Source: Octopus vulgaris (Eukaryota). Taken from it: a stretch of 64,000 bases of DNA. How positions within the stretch are numbered: position 1 is the stretch's first letter; each line of letters opens with the position of its first letter. The notes below the pieces were generated by a model. The model made no database searches, was not told the DNA's origin, and saw nothing but the letters and a program-made list of their open reading frames with translations. The translations under genes were made by a program, and so were the position numbers. This document shows positions 54,390 through 64,000 of the stretch, one piece after another. The stretch covers positions 54,374,001-54,438,000 of the forward strand of contig OX597820.1 in the NCBI GenBank assembly GCA_951406725.2, in the 5' to 3' direction.

Positions 54390-54854
54390 GACGAGCTTCT
54401 ATATAGTTTCCATCAATCAAATTACCTCACATTGCAATGTTTGGCCCGGTGCTATAGAAGAATATATTTCTCCGTGGTGCTGCGCACTAGGACTGATCTC
54501 AAAGGCACGTGGTTGCAAAGCAAGCTTCTTGATCACACAACCATATTTGCAAGGAATTATAACATAAGGCGAGACAAGCAACGCAATAAGAGGAATTCGA
54601 AAGTATCTTTTATACTTCACTTCTTTCAGTCTTTGGACTGCGACCATGCTGGGGCAACGTTTTGAAGGGTTTTGTCAGAGAAATCGCCCAAGTACTTTTT
54701 CTCTAAGCTTGGTTGTTATTCTACCAGGCATTTTTGCCCCACAGCTAAGTTATGGAGATGTAAATAAACCAGCACCGGTTGTCAACCTGTAGTGACCCTT
54801 CTATCGGCCTCTTCCTTCCGCTCATTTCAACATGTGGAACTATTAATCCCGATA

Positions 54855-54935
<81 letters not shown>

Positions 54936-56411
54936 TTTTTTCTTATCCTTTTCTGTCGAAGAGCGTGGGTTCGAAACATTGAAGACTGTCCCATTTTTCC
55001 CGAGCGTCGAACTAACACACGTGCTTGTTGTTCCCTTGCCCGTCTCTGTCTTTTGTTTCCTATACATTTGAACCATATTTATATATTGATATGTACAGTT
55101 ATTTATATGTGTGTGACGGATGATGCGAAACAGCTGTCAACATATAGAATAAACATTTTTTCTCTCACTTCACCTCTCGTCTGATCAATTTGTGCTTCTG
55201 TTTTCAGTTTCCGTCTACCAAATCCACTTACAATATTTTGGCTGGTACAGGGCAACAGTAAAAGATACATGCCCATGAGTCATGCATTGTACTGAACCTG
55301 GAACCACGTGAATGGGAAACAAACTTCTTACCACACATCCACGCCCGCAAGCAGTTTTTTTCTTTACAGTTTAGGAAGCGAAAAATGGTTGTACACAAAG
55401 CTACATTAACGAGATATCCATGCAGTCAATGAACTGGCCAGACATAACAATCCTTAAACAAGCTTTAAAAAAAATTAACACTTTCGATGATGGCGCCCGA
55501 GATGCAATATTTCTGAAGAAAAAATATTGTGGGGTTGGGCAAGGCTGGAACGGCTTTGCTCATGGATCTATCTACTCGATCAAGAATAACTTGGAACTAA
55601 ACAGTAACACCTACTGCTGTTGCAACGACAACTACTACAACTACTATTACTACCACTACTGCTGTTGCTGCCACAAACTTATCGTTAACCCATCTCCACT
55701 ATATCATCAGCACTACCCTTCGAATATTTCTCTTTATCCGTCCATCTCACGCAGCAAAGACAACTGGTATGGATTACACAGCTTTTCAGTCATGAGATGC
55801 TAGTTTAACCATGCAGGCATGATATAGCGTAATCCCTACTTCATTCAACCACAAACTAGTTGGACAACCGGGCGGTTACTTTCCTTAGTTAATCATCTCC
55901 GACTGACTGCTCTCTTGTCTTCCCGCCTTATCAAACCCAATTGTAATCCGCGTTATTTGCATAATACTTGGACACGTGCGCGGAGACGCGCACAATGAAG
56001 TATATTTATATGCGATAAACATATACACACGTACAAATATTTATATATTGGCTTCAAATTTTTGTACAAGGCCAGTAATTTCGGGGAGAGAGTAAGTCGA
56101 TTGCATCGACCCAAGTGCTCAACTGGTATTTATTTTATCGATCACGAAAGGATGAAAGTGAAATCGATCTCGGCGGAATTTGAACACAGAACTTGAAAAC
56201 AGACGAAATGCTGCTAAACATTTTCCCCAGCGTGCTAACGAATCTGCCAACTCGCCGCTTTTATAAGTATTTATATATTATAAATTGATAGTGAGCTTTT
56301 GACTTATTAATTATCTTCACCAGAATTATAAATTTTAGACACTGCACAAGTAGAGTCTCTTACTCAATGTATCGGTTTTCAATCGATGGTGAGAGGACAA
56401 AAACACACACA

Positions 56412-56493
<82 letters not shown>

Positions 56494-56730
56494 ACGGGCT
56501 TCTTTTAGTTTCCGTCTACCATATCCACTCACAAGGCTTTAGTCGGCCCGAGGCTACAGTAGAAGACACACGCCCAAGGTACCACGCAGTGAGACTGAAC
56601 CCCAAACCATGTGGTTGGGAAGCAAGCTTCTTAACACAATATAGTTATTTCTCTTAGCTCACTTTTGCTTGCAAATTACTTCAGCCATAAATGTGTTCTC
56701 CATTTCGTATAAGCCTATGTTCCTTCGCAA

Positions 56731-56814
56731 CTGGAGATAAATTCGGACAATTGTCGCACTGATGACAGTTACTGAACCTGAAACGCGTGTCCACAACTGT
56801 CCTCTTATCTCCAG
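56731..56814 (+). ncRNA. Hammerhead-like motif with long interrupted stem I
   Basis: CUGAUGA at 56759; stem II AGUU/AACCU; GAAAC-GCGU-GUC; flanks GGACAAUUGU/ACAACUGUCC and CUGGAGAUAA/UUAUCUCCAG pair. The core-proximal stem I pair is mismatched. Confidence 0.55.
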
Positions 56815-58182
56815 ACAACAAACCTGTCCTTTTGGTATGCCAACTTTGGAGAATAGTTGATTTCTCAGATTATCTCCTCTTTTTCACGTATGGTAGGTCT
56901 TAATAAGCTATTTGGTAATTACATTCTCTAGAGACACTCTCTAGGGACACTCTCTAGAGACGGTGATGGTTTTAATAAATCAGGATATTATATCATATGG
57001 TATTTAATATACTGTACTTGTCGTGCCACTGACCGCTCTGGGTTAGTTTCCTCGGCTCATTTAAACGCCATTTGTGTTTACTTTTTATACCTACGTAACA
57101 CCCAGGACCCACCTGGATTTGGTACGTGAATATTGAAGGTATCTTACCAACAGCAGATATATTCTATGTTGTTTATGTCACTGTGAGCTCTATCATACCT
57201 GTCATACCTTTCGTTCCGCACAGTGTCTGGCCGCCAAATTTGTCCACAAGGTATTGATCTGCCCGGAGCTATAGTAAAAAGAAAAATACTTGTTAAAGAG
57301 GCCGCGTGGTGAGACTGAGCTCCAAACTACGTGTTTGCGAAAAGAAACCCTTAGCTACACAGCCGCCTCCAAACTATTCTGCCTATCTCAACTATATATA
57401 TATATATATATATATGCGACGGGCTTCTTTTAGTTTCCGTCTACCATATCCACTCACAAGGCTTTAGTCGGCCCGAGGCTACAGTAGAAGACACACGCCC
57501 AAGGTACCACGCAGTGAGACTGAACCCCAAACCATGTGGTTGGGAAGCAAGCTTCTTAACACAATATAGTTATTTCTCTTAGCTCACTTTTGCTTGCAAA
57601 TTACTTCAGCCATAAATGTGTTCTCCATTTTGTATAAGCCTATGTTCCTTCGCAACTGGAAATAAATTCGGACAATTGTCGCATTGATGACAGTTACTGA
57701 ACCTGAAACGCGTGTCCACAACTGTCCTCTCATCTCCAGACAACAAACCTGTCCTTTTGGTATGCCAACTTTGGAGAATAGTTGATTTTTCAGATTATCT
57801 CCTCTTTTTCACGTTTGGTAGGTCTTAATAAGCTATTTGGTAATTACATTCTCTAGAGACACTCTCTAGGGACACTCTCTAGAGACGGTGATGGTTTTAA
57901 TAAATCAGGATATTATATCATATGGTATTTAATATACTGTACTTGTCGTGCCACTGACCGCTCTGGGTTAGTTTCCTCGGCTCATTTAAACGCCATTTGT
58001 GTTTCCTTTTTTATACCTACGCAACACCCAGGACCCACCTGGATTTGGTACGTGCATATTGAAGGTATCTTACCAACAGCAGATATATTCTATGTTGTTT
58101 ATGTCACTGTGAGCTCTATCATACCTGTCATACCTGTCGTTCCGCACAGTGTCTGGCCGCCAAATTTGTCCACAAGGTATTG

Positions 58183-58563
58183 GAGGCGCAATGGCCCAGT
58201 GGTTAGGGCAGCGGACTCGCGGTCGTAGGATCGCGGTTTCGATTCCCAGACCGGGCGTTGTGAGTGTTTATTGAGCGAAAACACCTAAAGCTCCACGAGG
58301 CTCCGGCAGGGATGGTGGTGATCCCTGCTGTACTTTTTCACCACAACTTTCTCTCACTCTTACTTCCTGTTTCTGTTGTACCTGTATTTCAAAGGGCCGG
58401 CCTTGTCACTCTCTGTGTCACGCTGAATATCCCCGAGAACTATGTTAAGGGTACGCGTGTCTGCGGAGTGCTCAGCCACTTACACGTTAATTTCACGACC
58501 AGGCTTTTCCGTTGATTCGGATCAACCGGAACCCTCGTCGTCGTAACCGACGGAGAGCTTCCA
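58183..58563 (+). mobile_element. Young full-length tRNA(Arg)-like SINE with 13-bp TSD
   Basis: A box TGGCCCAGTGG, B box GGTTTCGATTCCC; TSD CCACAAGGTATTG at 58170-58182 and 58564-58576. Confidence 0.92.
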
Positions 58564-59527
58564 CCACAAGGTATTGATCTTCCCGGAGCTATAGTAAAAA
58601 GAAAAATACTTGTTAAAGAGGCCGCGTGGTGAGACTGAGCTCCAAACTACGTGTTTGCGAAAAGAAACCCTTAGCTACACAGCCGCCTCCAAACTATTCT
58701 GCCTATCTCAACTAATATATATTAGATGAGATAGGCGCAGGTGTTGCTTGCTTCTTACCGTCCTCGAACCGTCCTCGTCAGGGGGTTGGGAGCTTGCTCA
58801 ATGAGGGTTTACTGAGGACAAGACTGCTAACACATGCAATTAATACTTAAGCGCACCACTGTACCAGGAGGGTACAGGTTAGTGGCACATACTAAAGGCG
58901 GCGAGCTGGCAGAATCGTTAGCCCACCGGGCAAAATGCTTAGCAGTATTTCGTCTGCCGCTACGTTCTGAGTTCAAATTTCGCCGAGGTCGACTTTGCCT
59001 TTCATCCTTTCGGGGTCGAATAAATAAGTACCAGTTACGCACTGGAGTCGATATAATCGACTTAATTCATTTGTCTGTTTTTGTTTGTCCCCTCTGTGTG
59101 TAGCCCCTTGTGGGCAGTAAAAAAATAAGAAGATTGCTTCCCAACTACATGGGCAAGTGTTTTCTACTATAAGCTCGGACTCTTTTGAGTGGATTTGGTA
59201 AGCGGAAGCTGAAAAAAACCCGTCGTGTGTGTTTATATATATACACACACATATGTATGGGGGGATATGTCCCCGAAACATAGCGGTTCAGCATAAGACA
59301 CCGATAGAATAGGTACTAGACTTACAAAAAATAAGTCCTGAGGTCGATTTGCTCGCCTAAATGCGGCACTCCAAATGCGGTGCTCGCCTAAATGCGGCGC
59401 TCCAAATGCGGTGCTCGCCTAAATGCGTGGCTGTGTGGAGAGAAGCTTGCCATCTGCTATAGTCTCGGGCCGACCAAAGCCTTGTGAATGGATTTGGTAG
59501 ACGGAAACTGAAAGAAGCCCGTCGTAC

Positions 59528-59580
<53 letters not shown>

Positions 59581-60761
59581 TGTGTGGATGTGTGTGCGTG
59601 CGTGCGTGTTTGTGTTTGTCCCCAACCACCGCTTGACAACCGGTGTTGGTGTGTTTACATCGCCGAAAGAGACCGATAGAACAAGTTCAACGGAACAGCT
59701 TGCTCGTAAAATTAACGTGCAAGAGGTTGAGCACTCCACAGACACGTGTATCCTTAACGTAGTTCTCAGAGAGGTTCAGCGTGACACAGAGTGTGACAAG
59801 GCTGACCCTTTGAAATACAGGTACAACTCATTTTTGCCAGCTAAGTGGACTGGAGCAACATGAAATAAAGTGTCTTGCTCAAGGACACAATGCGTCTCCG
59901 GGGATTGAACTCCCGACCTTACGATCGTAAGCCGAATGCCCTAACCACTAAGCTACGCACCTTCACTAATAGAACAAGTACCATGCTTGAAATAGAAAAA
60001 GATACCGGGACTGATCCATTCAACAAAAATATTCCTCATGGTGGTGCCCCAGCATGACCGCAGTCTGATGACTGAAACAAGTGAAGGATAAAAGATGACC
60101 ACTCCCCTACGTACATCTGAAGAAACACACTACACAAAAGACAGCCACTCCTACTACTAAATACTTCCTACAACAGTAAGCGACACAAAGTTCACTTACA
60201 CATACACATATAAGCAGCCAAAACCACACACACAAACGCACGCACACACACACACACACAACACATACACACATCCCTCCTTCTCTTACACCCTCCTGTC
60301 TTAGAAAGAACTTTTTCTTCACCCATTCCCTTTCGGTCATTTCAAAATGTAACCAGATGTGAATCGTTGACGATTTTCTTCATCCGCCTTCCTTTCTATT
60401 GGACTTTCCTCTGTTTCCGAAGAAGAGCATCTGCTCGAAACTTTAAACCATCTGTCTTTCATTTCCTAAGCGTCTGCTAATACATTACATGTACCACGTC
60501 CTCGCGTTGTTGTTTTTCTTTTGTGTATGTTCTTTTTGGATTTACTATGTATATATATATATATATATATATACATACACAGATGAATAACAGCAAATGT
60601 AACATATGCGTATATAAAATTAATTATACATATACACGTCATTAGAAAACAAATACACAACACTGAAAAACATATATAGTAACATCGGGTGAAAGTTCAA
60701 CATTGCCAGATCTCACAATACTTCCCACAAAGTGACATGTGCGCATACATTGAAAACACAG

Positions 60762-60847
<86 letters not shown>

Positions 60848-60933
60848 ACACATACATACATACATACATACATACATACATACATACATACATACATACA
60901 TACATGCACACATACAGTGATACATACTACAAA

Positions 60934-61318
60934 TAGTCGTGGCCAAAAGTTTGGAACATAGGTCTGAAAATTAAAATTTTTGTATTAAATGCCCAAAGAT
61001 GTACCTTGTACAATAACTCCTCGACAATCGCGGGTGTTACGTTCCAAAACCCCATCACGAGAGGTCAAAATCTGCGAAGTAGAAACAGCACAGTACTGTA
61101 TTTACTTTTTTATGATTTATATATATTTATTTTATTATAAATGCAAAACAACTCCACGGAGGGATCGACGTAAGCTTAAATAATAAACAGCGGTAGGCGA
61201 ACCGCGATAGGTGAACCGTGATATGGCAAGGGATTGCTGTAGATATTTGAATCGAGTTGTATTTGGAGCTGAAGAATTTTAATCTTTAAAAAATGTTCCA
61301 AACTTCTGGCTACGACTG
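60934..61318. mobile_element. Tc1-type MITE with a nested Tigger/pogo-type MITE (~61010-61240)
   Basis: Outer TIRs AGTCGTGGCCAAAAGTTTGGAACAT / ATGTTCCAAACTTCTGGCTACGACTG+TA; inner ends TA|CAATAACTCCTCG ... CAAGGGATTGCTG|TA. Confidence 0.7.
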
Positions 61319-61495
61319 TATATTAATACATACATAGTAAACCATTTAATATTATTATCGCCTCACTCCTACACTACATACAAAATACTTTTAAAAACTC
61401 TAGGATAGTTTTTATTAAGATATATATATATATAATAAGATATATATATATATCTACACATACACACTGCGGAACTGGCTGCTTCTACAGTTCCA

Positions 61496-61539
<44 letters not shown>

Positions 61540-62481
61540 CACGAAGGAAGGAAATGAAGAAGGAAGGAAGGAAACTAGTAGGTTCTTTAGTTGTTCCAAT
61601 TTCATTCCTCACTTGTTGTGTTTTGAAATTCTTCCCTCTGACTTATGTGTGGTGTTTTAAGAGGAATTCAATCACTACGAGAGAGGGACAGGAGGAAGTA
61701 AAACGGCTGAGAAAGAGAGGGGGAGGGAGAGAGGGAGGCATGAAGTAGTAAGGCAAGAGAAAGTGTATATTTGTGTTAGTGTGAGTGTGAGTGTGGTAGA
61801 GATAGAGAGAGGAAGAGAGAATAAGAGAGATAATAAAAGGGAGTGATATATAAAGTGTGTGTATGTATGTGTGTGTGTGAGAGAGAGAGAGAGAGAAAGG
61901 AGGGTGTTTGTATGGAAGAGGGAGAGTGAGAGTATGCGAATGTTTGCGTGAGCGACCACGTTTGTTTTAATGTGTGTGTGTGTGTGCGTGTGTATATTTG
62001 TATGCGAGGAAAGATAATGTTGTGAAGGATATGGGTGTGTATGTGTACCATGTATGCGTGTGAGTTAATGAGACAGTGATAAAAAAAAGAGAAAGAAATA
62101 GAAAGAGAGAGGGATAGACCGTGAAACAGGGAGGGAGAATGACAGAGAGAGAGAGAGAGAGAGACGTGTGTAGTTGGCGTAGACGGAGGGGAGAGTGAAA
62201 ATACAAGCAGACAGACAGTCTGTTGTGTACAGCGAGAGTTTAAGACAGTCTCTTGTGTATAAACTCGAATTAAAACAGTATGTTTAGATACAGTTGTATA
62301 CGCGTGTGTGTAAGTGTATAGCTGAAGTTAAGACAGTGATATATATTTATATATATATATATATATAAACCGTAAATCGTACAGTTGAGACAAGGTTCTG
62401 TGTATTTGGAGTTAAAGACACACATCTGTGTGTATACAGGTGGAGTTTAAGAGACAAATCGTATGTTTCGATCAGTTCACA

Positions 62482-62563
62482 ATGAATGGATTAAATACTT
62501 CCCCGGATATAAACGCAGACGACCCTCCTAAAATACATGTCGATGAGGATGATCCCGTTGCTG
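62482..62563 (+). CDS. Candidate first coding exon of an unidentified host gene
   Basis: ACAATG start; MNGLNTSPDINADDPPKIHVDEDDPVA ending at donor G|GTATGT (phase 1); unique sequence downstream of a GA-rich tract. No homology recognised. Confidence 0.35.
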
Positions 62564-62608
62564 GTATGTCACACTGATCTTTTATACACCCTTCTTTTCC
62601 TATTATTA

Positions 62609-62654
<46 letters not shown>

Positions 62655-62799
62655 GTTATTATTTGGAATTTTACACGGTTTTTTGTAAACGGTCAAAACC
62701 CTTTGTAACTTTCGTCCTGTGTTTTGTCCCTTTATGTTTTAATTAATTTTTTCAGCCCTTGTGGCCAATAAACGAATTAATTATTAGTATTATTATTGA

Positions 62800-63185
62800 A
62801 CGCAGGAGTAGCTGTGTGGTAAGTAGCTTGCTAACCAACCACATGGTCCCGGGTTCAGTCCCACTGCGTGGCATCTTGGGCAAGTGTCTTTTGTTATAGC
62901 CCCGGGCCGACCAAAGCCTTGTGAGTGGATTTGGTAGACGGAAACTGAAAAAGCCTGTCGTATATATGTATTTGTGTGTCTGTGTTTGTCCCCCCCAGCA
63001 TTGCTTGACAACCGATGCTGGTGTGTTTACGTCCCCGTCACATAGCGGTTCGGCAAAAGAGACCGATAGAATAAGTACTGGGCTTACAAAGAATAAGTCC
63101 TGGGGTCGATTTGCTCGACTAAAGGCGGTGCTCCAGCATGGCCGCAGTCAAATGACTGAACCAAGTAAAAGAGTCAAAAAGAGTA
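62800..63185 (+). mobile_element. tRNA-headed SINE with CORE-like motif and internal TA/TG microsatellite
   Basis: GCAGGAGTAGCTGTGTGG head, CTTGGGCAAGTG, tail GACTGAA.CAAGTAAAAGAG. Family copies at ~25875-26283(-), 26798-26950, 29620-30050, 32124-32735, 33790-34195(-), 34562-35050, 59426-59690, 63609-64000. Confidence 0.85.
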
Positions 63186-63573
63186 AGAGAATAACGTGGA
63201 GAAGCAAGTGTTGTCTTCTAGCCAGTTTGTTGAAAAAGGTGGGATGAAAGTGGTGCGAAAATGGTGCGAAAGAACGGGCCTGTCCTGAGCATACGCCTGT
63301 AGATGGAGAAAATGGAAGGAAAAAAAGACACCTGCTCCCAAGAGTCAGGGTGCCAGTAGTTTTCATGGGATTTTTCCATGAGCAACCCTCAAACGTCTCT
63401 TCCCTATTGAGAATTACACGTTATTGAATTTTTTTTTTTCCTGTGTTGAACTTGTTTACACGCAAAACCCTCACAACACACATAGACACACATACACACA
63501 CACATTCCTTATTTTGTCCTGTACTGTTCATGTTTTTCTTAATGTAAACACTTTGTGGTAAATAATTAAATCA

Positions 63574-63608
<35 letters not shown>

Positions 63609-64000
63609 GGGCGCAGGAGTAGCTGTGTGGTAAGTAGCTTGCTTACCAACCACATGGTTCCAGGTTCAGTTCAGTCCCACTGCGTGTCACCTTCGGCATG
63701 TATCTTCTACTATAGCCTAGGGCCGACCAAAGCCTTGTGAGTGGATTTGGTAGACGGAAACTGAAAGAAGCCCGTCGTATATATATGTGTGTGTGTGTGT
63801 GTATGTGTGCGTGTGTGCGTGTTTGTCCCCACAACATCACTTGACAACCGATGGTGGTGTGTTTACATCCCCAGTAAACAACCGGTTCGGCAAAAGAGAC
63901 CGATAGAATAAGTACTAGACTTACAAAGAATAAGTCCTGTGGTCGATTTGCTCGACTAAAGGCGGTGCTCCAGCATGGCCGCAGTCAAATGACTGAAACA

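Larger units (their letters stand above)
56491..58714 (+). repeat. Tandem duplication of ~904 bp (56491-57394; 57416-58714)
   Basis: Near-identical copies joined by (TA)n; the second copy carries an extra SINE. Confidence 0.93.

Noticed and set aside
58183-58256. tRNA-Arg gene
   Set aside because: It is the head of a SINE with body and TSD; the acceptor stem does not close.
59351-59427. CRISPR-like array
   Set aside because: There are no unique spacers, the context is eukaryotic and the repeats derive from a SINE tail.

Overview
This is AT-rich, repeat-saturated eukaryotic DNA, almost certainly metazoan. The SINE families and microsatellite load resemble those of Octopus genomes (recognition from memory, not a database result). 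Most ORFs in the supplied track are microsatellite artefacts. The real coding content is transposon-derived: an apparently intact two-ORF CR1/L2-group LINE (46450-~50825, minus), a near full-length decayed RTE LINE (7298-11100, minus), a BovB-like RTE 3' fragment, four R4/Dong-type restriction-like-endonuclease LINE fragments lying in (TAA)n tracts, Helitrons (one carrying PIF1 helicase), Tc1/mariner relics, MITEs and dozens of tRNA-derived SINEs from three families. No host gene can be firmly called; one candidate first coding exon lies at 62482-62563. Two signals stand out. (1) About 14 type-I hammerhead-ribozyme-like motifs sit in short non-coding elements embedded in (TA)n tracts, several as head-to-head inverted pairs and two showing stem covariation, as expected of Penelope-pLTR or retrozyme-like elements. 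(2) The LINE ORF2 has no usable AUG and is joined to ORF1 by a G_GGA_AAC -1 slippery heptamer placed immediately before the ORF1 stop. Coordinates were counted by hand and are approximate to a few bases.
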